The notes beneath the pieces are model-generated. The model did not search any database. It was not told the origin of the DNA and saw only the letters and a program-made list of their open reading frames with translations. Positions 20,793 through 31,092 of a stretch of 64,000 bases of DNA are shown here, piece by piece (position 1 is the stretch's first letter; each line of letters opens with the position of its first letter). The DNA is from Candidatus Woesearchaeota archaeon. Its GTDB lineage: Archaea; Nanobdellota; Nanobdellia; Woesearchaeales; GW2011-AR4. The position numbers and the translations under genes were made by a program. Location: NCBI GenBank assembly GCA_016185755.1, contig JACPMX010000006.1, positions 20,412-84,411 of the forward strand, given 5' to 3'.

Positions 20793-21806
20793 ATGGCGCA
20801 GCCAAAATACAGGATTGCAACAATCGGTTCTCATTCTGCATTGCAGATATTCAAGGGGGCGCATGATGAAGGCTTTGAAACTATTGCCATCTGCAAGAAG
20901 GGCTCTGAAAGGCTTTACAGGATGTTCAACGCAGCTGATGAGATAATCACGCTTGATTCTTATAAAGACTTTCCGAAAGTACAAAACGAGCTTATAAAAA
21001 AGAATGCAATTGTGATTCCGCACGGCTCCTTTGTGACATACATGGGCTATGAGGAAGTTGAAAAGCTTAAAGTGCTGTATTACGGCAACAAGAAAATCCT
21101 CAAATGGGAGTCTGACAGGTATCTGGAAAGGCAGTGGCTGAAAAATTCCGGATTAAAGGTGCCGATGCTTTTTGACAGGCCCAAGGACATAGACAGGCTT
21201 GTTATTGTGAAATTCATGGGCGCAGAAGGCGGCAAAGGATATTTCCTTGCAAAAGATGAAAAAGATTTCAACAAAAAAATCAAGCCGTACAGGCTGAGAA
21301 AATATGTCATACAGGAATACATAATCGGAGTTCCTCTGTTCATACATTTCTTTTACTCCTCGTTGACCAATGAGCTTGAACTGATGGGCTGCGACATAAG
21401 GTATGAAAGCAATGTGGACTCTCTTGGAAGGATATCCGCAAGGGACCAGATTGTCCTGCCGAAAATAGACCCAAGCTATGTTATTGTGGGAAATATACCT
21501 GTTGTTGTGCGTGAGTCATTCTTGCCAAGGCTGATCCAGATGGGCGAAGATGTCGTCAAGGCATCCAAAAAATTGGCCCCGCCTGGATTGTTCGGGCCTT
21601 TCTGCCTTGAGACGATTTTGACTCCCGAAGAGGAGATTTTTGTCTTTGAGATTTCAGCAAGGATAGTTGCAGGCACAAATCCATTCATTGAAGGAAGTCC
21701 TTATACCTGGCTGAAGTACAATGAGCCGATGTCAACCGGAAGAAGGATTGCAAGGGAAATAAAGAATGCAATAAAGATGAAGCAGATGAAGAAGGTGTTG
21801 GGGTAA
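20793..21806 (+). CDS. purP: PurP-family formate-dependent AICAR ligase (copy 1)
   Basis: IATIGSHSALQI, IPHGSF, GGKGYF, GPFCLE and FEISARIVAGTN. Confidence 0.9.
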   Translation: MAQPKYRIATIGSHSALQIFKGAHDEGFETIAICKKGSERLYRMFNAADEIITLDSYKDFPKVQNELIKKNAIVIPHGSFVTYMGYEEVEKLKVLYYGNKKILKWESDRYLERQWLKNSGLKVPMLFDRPKDIDRLVIVKFMGAEGGKGYFLAKDEKDFNKKIKPYRLRKYVIQEYIIGVPLFIHFFYSSLTNELELMGCDIRYESNVDSLGRISARDQIVLPKIDPSYVIVGNIPVVVRESFLPRLIQMGEDVVKASKKLAPPGLFGPFCLETILTPEEEIFVFEISARIVAGTNPFIEGSPYTWLKYNEPMSTGRRIAREIKNAIKMKQMKKVLG

Positions 21807-21808
21807 AG

Positions 21809-22177
21809 ATGGTATTTAAAGACGAATTATATCAATATGATGAAAATTCTATATTTATTTGTTTTTATTGTGAAGGGAATGTCAATAAGTACAGTATATT
21901 TAAAAAAAATAATCTAGAATGGGCGAAGAATGGTGTTGCGATTTGTGGTTTCTGTAATCAATATATTGAACCCTTTAAATCAATTTCAGATTGTATTAAT
22001 GAATGCAAAAAAAGATTAAAATATTACGCCCATAATGTAAAATTCAATAAAAATAAAGAAAAGATGGATGTAGTTAAAAAAATAATTAATGCTCTACAGA
22101 AAAAACAAAAAGAAATAAGAAAATCGCTCAATCAGATAGAGTTGTCTTCCCAGACAATAAACAAAATAGTGTTATAA
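21809..22177 (+). CDS. Hypothetical AT-rich protein with Cys pairs
   Basis: CFYC and CGFC motifs; very AT-rich; begins 2 nt after the purP stop. Confidence 0.5.
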   Translation: MVFKDELYQYDENSIFICFYCEGNVNKYSIFKKNNLEWAKNGVAICGFCNQYIEPFKSISDCINECKKRLKYYAHNVKFNKNKEKMDVVKKIINALQKKQKEIRKSLNQIELSSQTINKIVL

Positions 22178-22247
22178 TATATAAATGTTTTTAAAAATGA
22201 TAACACCAAATATCAATTGATAATTAATAATATCAGAAAACCAAAAA

Positions 22248-23375
22248 ATGATAACACAAAAACAAATCTCGAAAATACTGGAAGATTATGACAAGCAGGA
22301 TATAACCATCGGTGTGCTTGGGGGGCATTCTGCGCTTGATGTTTGCAGGGGGGCTCATTCGCATGGATTCAAGACACTTGTTATAGCTCAAAAAGGAAGG
22401 GAAAAAACCTATGCTAAATACTTCAAGAGAAGGGAAGGCATAGGCTTTGTTGATGATGTTATTATTGTCAATAAATTCTCAGATATAACCAAAAAAGAAA
22501 TCCAGCAGGAATTGAGGAATAAAAACACGATTTTTGTCCACAACAGGTATTTCTGGGTTTACTGCAACTTCAAGGACATTGAAAACAAGTTTTTGGTTCC
22601 AATCTACGGCACAAGGGACATGGTGAAGCTTGAAGAAAGAGATATTCCAAAAAACCAGTATTTTTTCCTTGAAAAAGCCGGCATAAGAACACCAAAAATA
22701 TTCAAGGAGCCAAAAAAAATTGACAGGTTGGCGATAGTAAAAGTCGCAGAGGCGAAAAGAGGCTATGAAAGGGCTTTCTTTTTATGCTCAAGCTACAATG
22801 ATTACAAGGAAAAATCAGCAGAATTGATAAAAAACAAGACGATAACGCAAAAAGACCTGAAAAAAGCAATTATTGAAGAATATGTCATTGGCGCTCCTGT
22901 CAATTTTAATTTCTTTTATAGCCCATTAAATAATGAGCTTGAATTGATGGGCACTGATACAAGAAGGCAGACAAACCTTGACGGAATCCTAAAGCTCCCT
23001 GCCACAGAACAACTGGAAGTGCTGAAGCATATAAAGCCGAAATACATTGAGACAGGCCACTATAATGTCACAATAAAAGAGTCATTGCTTGAAAAAGTTT
23101 TTGAAATGGGAGAAAGATTTGTCGCAGCAACAAAAAAACATCATCCGATTGGGATTATCGGCCCCTTTGCCCTTCAAGGCGCTGTTGTTGCCGAAGAAGG
23201 CAAAGAAGACATTGTTATTTTTGACGTAAGCATGAGGATTCCAGGCTCGCCAGGAACTTTGTTCACTCCCTATTCAGGCTATTTGTACGGCTTTTCAATC
23301 AGCTATGGCGAAAGGATAGGGTTGGAGATAAAAAAAGCAATGGAATCAGGAAAACTGGATTTGATTTGCACTTAA
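22248..23375 (+). CDS. PurP-like ATP-grasp protein (copy 2)
   Basis: GGHSALDV, ERAFF, DTRRQTNLDG, GPFALQ and FDVSMRIPGSPG. Confidence 0.85.
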   Translation: MITQKQISKILEDYDKQDITIGVLGGHSALDVCRGAHSHGFKTLVIAQKGREKTYAKYFKRREGIGFVDDVIIVNKFSDITKKEIQQELRNKNTIFVHNRYFWVYCNFKDIENKFLVPIYGTRDMVKLEERDIPKNQYFFLEKAGIRTPKIFKEPKKIDRLAIVKVAEAKRGYERAFFLCSSYNDYKEKSAELIKNKTITQKDLKKAIIEEYVIGAPVNFNFFYSPLNNELELMGTDTRRQTNLDGILKLPATEQLEVLKHIKPKYIETGHYNVTIKESLLEKVFEMGERFVAATKKHHPIGIIGPFALQGAVVAEEGKEDIVIFDVSMRIPGSPGTLFTPYSGYLYGFSISYGERIGLEIKKAMESGKLDLICT

Positions 23376-23376
23376 A

Positions 23377-23742
23377 ATGATAAAAAACAAAATAGAAAAC
23401 ATTTCAAAAAATATACTTAATAAATCTGCACCAATGTTTGGACTAGTTATCTTTATTTTAATCTTTTTATTTGGAATATCAGCTACATTGACGGGTTTTA
23501 TCGCTTATAATATTAAATCCTATTTTATGGGAATTATTTTTATGATTTTTGGAATTATTTTATTAATTTATTCAGGAATTAAAATTAAAAAATATAGGTC
23601 TTTAATTATATTAAATTTTAGATATGTTTGCAAAGAATGTGATTATATCTGGAAAAGTAAAAAGATAGTTGGTACTCCCGCTAGATGCCCAAGATGTGCT
23701 TCAAAATATATAATCCACGGTAAGAATTTAAACAAAATCTAA
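23377..23742 (+). CDS. Hypothetical membrane protein with C-terminal zinc ribbon
   Basis: Two TM helices followed by CKECDYIW...PARCPRC; very AT-rich. Confidence 0.6.
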   Translation: MIKNKIENISKNILNKSAPMFGLVIFILIFLFGISATLTGFIAYNIKSYFMGIIFMIFGIILLIYSGIKIKKYRSLIILNFRYVCKECDYIWKSKKIVGTPARCPRCASKYIIHGKNLNKI

Positions 23743-23761
23743 TTAAAATGGAATTAACAAA

Positions 23762-25300
23762 ATGATACTCGTCCTGAATTTTGGAGCACAATATGCGCAC
23801 CTTATTGCAAGAAGAATCCGAGAGCTTGGAGTTTATTCGGAAATCCTGCCTTGCGATGTTTCCTTGAAGGAAATCGGAAAATTAAAGCCTGACGGAATCA
23901 TACTTTCAGGGGGGCCTGCAAGCGTCTATGAGCACAATTCACCTTCAATGGACAGGAAAATTCTTGATTTGGGAATCCCTGTTTTAGGCATCTGCTACGG
24001 GCTGCAGCTGATAGGTAAATTTGTCGGTGGGGAAGTGCTTGCAGGAAAGCTGAAGGAATTCGGCAAGAAAGAGCTTATCTTGAAAAAAACCGGAAAGCTG
24101 CTCAAAGGACTGTCAAAAAAGGAGCAGATATGGATGAGCCACGGCGACCTGGTAACAAAGCTTCCCGGGGATTTTGAGATTCTGGCGTCAACAGATTCAT
24201 GTCCCATAGCAGCCACCGAAAATAATCCAAAAAAAATCTATGGGATACAATTCCATGCAGAAGTTGCCCATACTCCAAAAGGCACACAAATCCTGGAAAA
24301 TTTTGTCTTTGGCATCTGCAGGGCAAAAAGGGACTGGCATATCAGCAGCATTTCGAAAAAGCTGATTAAGGAAATGAGGAAAGCGGTTGGAAAAAACTCG
24401 GTGATTATGGGGGTTTCAGGAGGCGTTGACAGCGCAGTTGCAGCCACCCTGCTGCACAAGTCGATCGGAAGCAGGCTCTACTGCGTTTTTGTCGACCACG
24501 GGCTGATAAGAAAAAATGAGGCAGGCGAGGTAATAAATTTTTTCGAAAAGAGGCTTAAATTCAAGCATTTCTATTTTGTTGATGCTTCACAAGCATTTCT
24601 GGAAAAATTAAGTGGAGTTACAGATCCGGAGGAAAAAAGAAAAATAATCGGCCATACTTTCATCGAGGTGTTTGAAAACAAAGTTCTTGAGCTTGAAAAA
24701 AAGCACAGGGGCATAAAATTCCTGGGGCAAGGCACGATTTACCCTGACAGGATTGAAAGCGCACAGCCGAATAAATATGCGTCAAAAATAAAATCACACC
24801 ATAACATCACTTTGCCGGAAAAGATGAAGTTAAAGGTTATCGAGCCATTAAAGGAATTCTATAAAGATGAAGTGAGGAAGCTTGGAAAAGAGCTCAAGAT
24901 TCCTGATGAAATTTTAAACAGGCACCCATTTCCGGGCCCCGGGCTTGCAATAAGGATACTGGGGGAAATAACTGAAGAGAGGCTTGCAATCCTGAGGGAG
25001 GCTGACTGCATTTTCATTGACGAGCTTAAGAAATCCGGATTTTACGCCAAAACTTGGCAGGCATTTGCAGCATTGTTTCCTGTCAAATCAGTGGGCGTGA
25101 TGGGTGACTCAAGGACATACGAATACATAATCTCTTTGAGGGCTGTGACAAGCGTTGATGCAATGACAGCAGACTGGGCCAGGCTGCCTAATGAGCTTCT
25201 GGAGAAAATCTCAAACAGGATAATAAACGAAGTCATGGGAGTAAACCGGGTGGTGTACGATATTTCTCAAAAACCCCCTGCTACGATCGAGTATGAGTAA
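23762..25300 (+). CDS. guaA: GMP synthase (fused glutaminase and synthetase domains)
   Basis: GICYGLQ, WMSHGD, QFHAEV, SGGVDS, IKSHHN, PFPGPGL and KPPATIEYE. Confidence 0.96.
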   Translation: MILVLNFGAQYAHLIARRIRELGVYSEILPCDVSLKEIGKLKPDGIILSGGPASVYEHNSPSMDRKILDLGIPVLGICYGLQLIGKFVGGEVLAGKLKEFGKKELILKKTGKLLKGLSKKEQIWMSHGDLVTKLPGDFEILASTDSCPIAATENNPKKIYGIQFHAEVAHTPKGTQILENFVFGICRAKRDWHISSISKKLIKEMRKAVGKNSVIMGVSGGVDSAVAATLLHKSIGSRLYCVFVDHGLIRKNEAGEVINFFEKRLKFKHFYFVDASQAFLEKLSGVTDPEEKRKIIGHTFIEVFENKVLELEKKHRGIKFLGQGTIYPDRIESAQPNKYASKIKSHHNITLPEKMKLKVIEPLKEFYKDEVRKLGKELKIPDEILNRHPFPGPGLAIRILGEITEERLAILREADCIFIDELKKSGFYAKTWQAFAALFPVKSVGVMGDSRTYEYIISLRAVTSVDAMTADWARLPNELLEKISNRIINEVMGVNRVVYDISQKPPATIEYE

Positions 25301-25337
25301 ATTAATTTTTAAATAGAATCTCTTTCTTAAATATAAA

Positions 25338-25622
25338 ATGAACAAAATCGTGAGACCGCTAGCCGCAATTGTCTTTGCCGTATCTATTGGCGGGTGCGCA
25401 ACCTTTAATTGCGAAGAAAAAGCCCGAGACATAGCTAGGATATTTCAAAATGACGGGGCGGGGGATATTTCAAATAAAGTTTCTATTAATGGCCTGCCGG
25501 TTCCTATTAGAAGCGAGTCCTACGCAAGGTGTGTAAACCGCCAACTTGAGAGGCTTTATGGAAAAAAGTACAGGCTGATGCCGAATACCCTTGGCTCACA
25601 CACAGCTTATGAATTTTATTAA
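25338..25622 (+). CDS. Hypothetical exported/lipoprotein-like protein
   Basis: Hydrophobic N-terminus ending IGGC. Confidence 0.45.
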   Translation: MNKIVRPLAAIVFAVSIGGCATFNCEEKARDIARIFQNDGAGDISNKVSINGLPVPIRSESYARCVNRQLERLYGKKYRLMPNTLGSHTAYEFY

Positions 25623-25624
25623 GA

Positions 25625-26221
25625 TTAAATTTGTTTAAGTTTTTTTCCCCTAAACCAAGCAACCAGCCCCATGGCCAACCCACCCATTCCATTGAAAATC
25701 ATGTCCAAATTTACATTGGTATAGCCACCCTCATCACCCATTCCATAAAGAAAAAACCCATCGCCATCTCCGAACAGTGCAAAGCCTGTCCATTCTACAA
25801 TCTCGCTGACGGAGCCTACGCCAAGCGCTATGATTGTAATCAGAAACAGCCTCTTTACCCTTGATTTCTCGCCAATAAGCCTGTCGGCCACCATTGCAAC
25901 TGCAAAAGAGCCTGCAAAGTGCATGTAATGGTCAAAATTTATCCCAAACAGCCTTGTGGAGTAGAGGCCCAGGTTGTGCAGCGCAAGCGCAGAAACTAAA
26001 AAAAAGAAGCTTGTATTGTCCTGGTTTAGCCTGTTATAATTCATATAAAAGAGCATTATTATGACAAGTGCCACAGACACATCAATGGCTTGTGCAAATT
26101 GCCTGCCTGACAAATATTTAACCCACAAAGCAAGCAAAACAAAGTACGAGAAAAATAATATGAGCTCCTTTATGCTGGCAGCCTTTAAATTGAGCCTGAG
26201 GGCGTTTGCAGTCTCTGCCAT
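25625..26221 (-). CDS. Membrane protein, DUF2238/YjdF-like
   Basis: DHYMHF, SEIVEW and LDMIFN..G motifs in a multi-TM protein. Confidence 0.6.
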   Translation of the reverse strand: MAETANALRLNLKAASIKELILFFSYFVLLALWVKYLSGRQFAQAIDVSVALVIIMLFYMNYNRLNQDNTSFFFLVSALALHNLGLYSTRLFGINFDHYMHFAGSFAVAMVADRLIGEKSRVKRLFLITIIALGVGSVSEIVEWTGFALFGDGDGFFLYGMGDEGGYTNVNLDMIFNGMGGLAMGLVAWFRGKKLKQI

Positions 26222-26268
26222 GCCTTTAAGGTGGAGCTTAGAATTTATAATTATTGATGCATATTATA

Positions 26269-27807
26269 TCAGCAGGCATAAGTCCTTTCCTTGACCCCTT
26301 TCCTGAAGTTCTCCCATGCTTTGAGGTAAAGCTTCTTGCCGTTGGATGTTGGGTACTCCCCTGTAATGCAGGCCATGCACAGGTCTTTTGCAGGCTTGCC
26401 TATGCTTTTGACCAGCCCCTGTATGCTTTGGTATCTTAACGAGTCTGCCCCAAGGTCCTTTGCAATTTTTTTTATAACCTCTTTTGAAACCTCGCCCTTT
26501 TTAGGCTCCCCCTCGTATTTTGGAACCAGGAGCTCGGACACAGTTGACATGTCTATGCCGTAAAAGCATGGGCCCCTTATTGGAGGGCACGAGACCCTTA
26601 CATGGACTTCCCTTGCGCCTCCGGCCTTTTTAATGTAGTTTATGAGCTGCTTTGTTGTCGAGCCGCGAACAATGCTGTCATCAACAAGAATGACTTTTTT
26701 GTCCTTTAATATCTCCTTTAGCGCAGTGTACTTGTTTTGAACCCTGTCTTCCCTTGAGGAGCCCTCTATGAATGTCCTTCCGACAAACCTGTTTCTGATA
26801 AGGCCTTCTGCAGACGGCACTTTTAATTCATACGCCATTGCATCCCCTGCAGCCTTTGCAGTGTCCGGCACAGGCACAACAACATAGCTGTCATCAATCT
26901 TTTCGGTTTCCTGCTTTGCCAGCTCCTTCCCAAGGTTGGTCCTTGATATGTACACAGACTGGTTGTCAAGCACAGAGCTTACATTCGCAAAATAGACCCA
27001 TTCAAACATGCAATGGGCTTTTTTTGGGCTTTCAGCGTATTTCCTGACTTCAACATGGCCGTTTCTTATGTAGATGAGATGCCCTGGCGGAAGATGCTTA
27101 TAATCAATAACGCCGCAGTTTATCAGCGCATTTGATTCAGATGCAACAAGGAACATGTCGTCTTTCCAGCCATAGACTATTGGCCTGAAGCCGTAAGGGT
27201 CCCGCATAATTATCATCTCGCCGAAAGCGTTCATGAATGCAATGTTGAAGCAGCCGTCAAGCTTTTGGGCCAGCCTTGTAAAGACCTTGACCAGGCTTGG
27301 CCTTGTAGAGCCTCTCAGTTCCCTTGAGAGGTAATGCATCAGAATTTCCGTGTCTGTGTTGTAGATGATATGGTAATCGGCCTTGTCAAGAAGATGCTGC
27401 TTAAGCTCGGCATAGTTTGCCAGGTTCCCGTTCCAGCAGAACGAAAACCATTTCCATTTCCTTCCGTGATGCCTCTCAAACGGCTGTGCCAGGCTTCTTT
27501 CCTCGCTTCCCGAGGTAGCATACCTGACATGCCCTATGCCTTTGTTGCCCGCATACCTCTTGAAAAGCTCAAGGCTTTGCTGCCTGTCGCTGGTCTTGAA
27601 TACCTCGTTAACTGGCCCTAAATCCTTATAGGTGTCAAGGATCTGCATTCGTGAAGGGTTGTATGTTGTAACACCTGCGCTTAACTGCCCCCTGTTCTGC
27701 TGGTTGAGAAGAAGCTTGTAAAGGTAGAACAGGGCCCTGTTGGCCGAGTCACCATTTTCCTTGATGTAAACGGCCGCTATACCGCATTGATGCATTGCCT
27801 CTGCCAT
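26269..27807 (-). CDS. purF: Amidophosphoribosyltransferase
   Basis: Short propeptide then CGI, Q.RGQ, GHVRYAT, CMFEWVYFA, VDDSIVRGST and FYGID. Confidence 0.95.
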   Translation of the reverse strand: MAEAMHQCGIAAVYIKENGDSANRALFYLYKLLLNQQNRGQLSAGVTTYNPSRMQILDTYKDLGPVNEVFKTSDRQQSLELFKRYAGNKGIGHVRYATSGSEERSLAQPFERHHGRKWKWFSFCWNGNLANYAELKQHLLDKADYHIIYNTDTEILMHYLSRELRGSTRPSLVKVFTRLAQKLDGCFNIAFMNAFGEMIIMRDPYGFRPIVYGWKDDMFLVASESNALINCGVIDYKHLPPGHLIYIRNGHVEVRKYAESPKKAHCMFEWVYFANVSSVLDNQSVYISRTNLGKELAKQETEKIDDSYVVVPVPDTAKAAGDAMAYELKVPSAEGLIRNRFVGRTFIEGSSREDRVQNKYTALKEILKDKKVILVDDSIVRGSTTKQLINYIKKAGGAREVHVRVSCPPIRGPCFYGIDMSTVSELLVPKYEGEPKKGEVSKEVIKKIAKDLGADSLRYQSIQGLVKSIGKPAKDLCMACITGEYPTSNGKKLYLKAWENFRKGVKERTYAC

Positions 27808-27937
27808 TAAGCCCCCTGGTTTTTGAGGGCATTATTTTTATATAAATGTTTCGTATTTAGTATGATTCAGATATATCAAAAAATATCAAAAAAGAAAAAG
27901 GCTGAAAGAATGTACCTTAATTTCTATTTTCTGGCAA

Positions 27938-28066
27938 TTATTTGTATCTCAGGTCGTCTGTGAAATCCTCGACATAGAGTATGTCGAGATCCTCTAGCAT
28001 CTCGATATCATCCTCTTCAGCTCTCTCGCTTATATCTATAAACTTCGTCAGGTTCATCTGCTTCAT
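27938..28066 (-). CDS. Small acidic protein (42 aa) with N-terminal PIP-box-like motif (not in ORF track)
   Basis: Hand translation MKQMNLTKFIDISERAEEDDIEMLEDLDILYVEDFTDDLRYK; strong SD GAGGGGTGA 4 nt before the ATG. Confidence 0.7.
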   Translation of the reverse strand: MKQMNLTKFIDISERAEEDDIEMLEDLDILYVEDFTDDLRYK

Positions 28067-28307
28067 TTTCTCACCCCTCATTGAGATGTAGCTTATTTAT
28101 ACTTTTTTAGAAAGTAACCACACCCCCTTGTTTTAAGTAGTGCATGAGAAGTTTTTATATATAATTTATTAGCATATTATATACAGCATATGCTTATGGC
28201 TTATTTTTATATTGAATTGCTTATTTAAGTTTACTATTTTAAAGTTACATCTTCTAAGCTAATAAATTTAGCAATAAACTTATAAATTATGTATTTAGAT
28301 TAGCATT

Positions 28308-29618
28308 ATGAGGGTCTTGCTTATAGGCAGCGGCGCAAGGGAGCATGCAATAGCAGAGGCTTTGGCGAAAAACAGCCAAACAGTGCTTTTTTCTTATTTA
28401 AAGTCAAAGAATCCGGGCATCATGCCCCTGTCCAAAAGCTGCGAGATCGGAAATTACAGCGACCTTGGCAAAATAAAAGCGTTTGCAGCAAAAATAAAGC
28501 CGGATTTTGCTTTCATAGGCCCTGAAGAGCCTTTGGGCAACGGGGTTGTAGATTTGCTGAACAGCCTTGAAATTAATACAATTGGCCCGACAAAAAGCCT
28601 TGCCAGGCTTGAGACAAGCAAGTCATTTGCCAGAAACCTGCTTGAAAAGCATAAAATCGAGGGCAACCCAAAATTTAAGATTTTCAATAAATCCAGCATA
28701 AGCCGGGCAAAAGGGTTCCTAAGCGAGCTTGGCCAATGTGTTGTGAAGCCCGACGGCTTGACAGGGGGCAAGGGCGTCAAGGTGCAAGGAGACCATTTCA
28801 AGACAAAAAAAGAGGCGCTTGATTATTGCTTCGAGATCCTTAAAACACACCCATCTGTTGTGGTTGAAGAAAAATTTGAAGGGGAAGAATTCTCTTTGCA
28901 GTGCCTGACCGACGGAAAAACAGTGATTGCAACGCCCCCTGTCCAGGACCACAAGAGGGCTTTTGATGATGACAAAGGGCCGAACACCGGGGGAATGGGC
29001 TCGTATTCATGCGAAAATCATCTGCTCCCTTTCATAACAAAAAAGGATGTTGATAAAGGTATTGAAATAACGCAGAAGGTTGCAGCTGCCATATTCAGGG
29101 AAACAGGGGAATTCTACAGGGGAGTGATGTATGCGGGATTGATTGCCACAAAACAAGGCGTGAAGCTCGTAGAATACAATGCAAGATTCGGCGATCCCGA
29201 GGCAATGAATGTGCTGCCGCTGATGGAGACGGATTTTGCTGAGGTGTGCAATGCTATGATAGGCCAGACACTGGATAGGATCAAAATAAAATTCTCAAAT
29301 AAGGCGACTGTGTGCAAATATCTGGTGCCAAACGGGTATCCTGGCAACCCTGCAAAAAATCAAAAGGTTGAAATTGGCAAAATCCCAAATGGCGCAAGAA
29401 TATATTATGCTGCTGTCGAGCAGAAAGACGGCGGAATTTATACTGCATCCTCAAGAGCAGTTGCATGCCTCGGCATTGCAGGCAGCATGGAAAATGCAGA
29501 GAAAATAGCAGAAGAAGCTGCGAATTCAGTTAAGGGCAAGCTATTCCACAGAAAAGACATAGGAACAAAAAAATTGATTGGGAAGAGAGTGAGGCATATG
29601 CAGGAGCTTCTCAAATAA
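28308..29618 (+). CDS. purD: Phosphoribosylamine-glycine ligase
   Basis: GSGAREHA, GPEEPL, LETSK, QDHKRAF.D.GPNTGGMG and EYNARFGDPE. Confidence 0.96.
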   Translation: MRVLLIGSGAREHAIAEALAKNSQTVLFSYLKSKNPGIMPLSKSCEIGNYSDLGKIKAFAAKIKPDFAFIGPEEPLGNGVVDLLNSLEINTIGPTKSLARLETSKSFARNLLEKHKIEGNPKFKIFNKSSISRAKGFLSELGQCVVKPDGLTGGKGVKVQGDHFKTKKEALDYCFEILKTHPSVVVEEKFEGEEFSLQCLTDGKTVIATPPVQDHKRAFDDDKGPNTGGMGSYSCENHLLPFITKKDVDKGIEITQKVAAAIFRETGEFYRGVMYAGLIATKQGVKLVEYNARFGDPEAMNVLPLMETDFAEVCNAMIGQTLDRIKIKFSNKATVCKYLVPNGYPGNPAKNQKVEIGKIPNGARIYYAAVEQKDGGIYTASSRAVACLGIAGSMENAEKIAEEAANSVKGKLFHRKDIGTKKLIGKRVRHMQELLK

Positions 29619-29657
29619 AATCAAAAACTTTAAATATCTTATTCATACTTTGCTGTT

Positions 29658-30359
29658 ATGGCTAAAAAAAGAGGCAAACCAAAACCTAAATCCACTTCTA
29701 AAAAATCAGCTAAAAAATCCAAAATCCAAAAGCCAGCTTCAGCCGAGGCTCCAAAATCTGCTCCGGTAAAAGACGCATTGCACAAGCTTGAGATACTTGC
29801 CGAGGAGAAAAAAGTGGAAGGCAGGATAAACGGCGTGGAGAAAAAAGAGGATGAAATTGCAAGGAAGGAGCTTGAGATAATGGGCGAGGAGAAAAAAATT
29901 GAGAAAGAAACCCAAAAAGTCGAGAAAATCGAAAGGGAAATCAAGAAAGAAGTTACTTCAAAGCCGCTTTCAAAATTCAACATCAAGGACCTGAACAAAG
30001 GGATCATAGGCGCTTTTATAGGTGTTGTGGCGCATTTTGCATTCATCTATGGCAAGGAGATAGCAAAGCAGATTTCAACAACAAGAGCCACAATATTGAT
30101 AATTTTCTCTTATATCCTTATACTGATCCTGATGTACGAAACCGGCTACAGGGAAATAAGGGAAAAAAGGCTGCTTGGAATACTGCCGATAAGGGCAACC
30201 GTCATATTCTGCACGTCAATTGCCGTCATAATAGTGATATTCTTCCTGTTCAACCAGATCAGCTTCTCAGACAAAATAGGGCTGTACAAGCAGATAGCTG
30301 TGACGTCAGTCCTTGCGTCCCTTGGGGCAGGGACAGCTGATTTGATAGGCAGGGATTAG
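29658..30359 (+). CDS. Membrane protein with Lys-rich/coiled-coil N-terminus (DUF2391-like C-terminus)
   Basis: IIGAFIG, GYR, LP.R and C-terminal GAGTADLIG; about 4 TM helices. Confidence 0.6.
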   Translation: MAKKRGKPKPKSTSKKSAKKSKIQKPASAEAPKSAPVKDALHKLEILAEEKKVEGRINGVEKKEDEIARKELEIMGEEKKIEKETQKVEKIEREIKKEVTSKPLSKFNIKDLNKGIIGAFIGVVAHFAFIYGKEIAKQISTTRATILIIFSYILILILMYETGYREIREKRLLGILPIRATVIFCTSIAVIIVIFFLFNQISFSDKIGLYKQIAVTSVLASLGAGTADLIGRD

Positions 30360-30394
30360 AAAGTTTTTTATTGATTCTTTCAAATTTTTAACTG

Positions 30395-30955
30395 ATGAAG
30401 GGCCGGCTGAAAGGTTCAATTAACGAAAAGCGCAGTTCCCTGACCAAGGAAGAAATCCAGGGTAAAAGCGAAAAAATACAGGATAGGCTCTTCAGCCTCC
30501 TGCAGTACAGGAAATCAAAGGCCGTTATGTTTTTTGTATCATTCAACAGCGAAGTGAACACCCATGGAATGATAAGGGAAGCTTTGAAGAGCAAAACAGT
30601 CATTGTGCCCAAAGTTGCCAATAATGAGATAGTTCCTTCTGTCATAATAGATTTTGATAATTTGGTGCCAAGCGGAAAATTCGGCATCCTTGAGCCAATT
30701 GACGCAATGAATGTAGCCCATAAAAATATAGATTTGGTCTTGGTGCCGGGCATTGCATTTGACAGTGCAGGCCACCGGATTGGGTATGGCTTCGGGTATT
30801 ACGACAGGTTTCTTGCAAAAGTGCCAAAGGCTGTAAAGATAGGATTGGCTTTCGATTTCCAGGTTGTTGACAAGATACCGAGCGAAGCGCATGATATCCC
30901 TGTTGATTTTATCGTGACTGAGGAAAGGGTTATTGAGTGCAGGAACAATTCTTAA
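30395..30955 (+). CDS. 5-formyltetrahydrofolate cyclo-ligase
   Basis: SEVNT, GILEP, VPGIAFD..G.RIGYG.GYYDRFL and HDIPVD. Confidence 0.93.
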   Translation: MKGRLKGSINEKRSSLTKEEIQGKSEKIQDRLFSLLQYRKSKAVMFFVSFNSEVNTHGMIREALKSKTVIVPKVANNEIVPSVIIDFDNLVPSGKFGILEPIDAMNVAHKNIDLVLVPGIAFDSAGHRIGYGFGYYDRFLAKVPKAVKIGLAFDFQVVDKIPSEAHDIPVDFIVTEERVIECRNNS

Positions 30956-30967
30956 GAAAAAAAGCTA

Positions 30968-31073
30968 TGCGCGAGCCGAGACTTGCGATGCGAAAGCGCT
31001 GCTTGCTTTCTGCAATTCGAACTCGGGTGAGAGCCTTGGCAAGGCCCTATCATAGCCACTAGATCACTCGCGC
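30968..31073 (-). tRNA. tRNA-Gly(GCC) with a 34-nt intron in the T-loop (~59/60)
   Basis: Acceptor GCGCGAG/CTCGCGC, anticodon arm GGGCC-TTGCCAA-GGCTC, T-stem CCGAG/CTCGG; removing 30982-31015 restores the TTCGAAT loop and a 72-nt tRNA. Confidence 0.9.
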
Positions 31074-31092
31074 ATAATAGCTTTATTCAAAA

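Noticed and set aside
27968-27988. Perfect hairpin CTCGACATA-GAG-TATGTCGAG as a terminator or repeat
   Set aside because: It is single-copy, lies inside the 42-aa ORF and has no U-tract.
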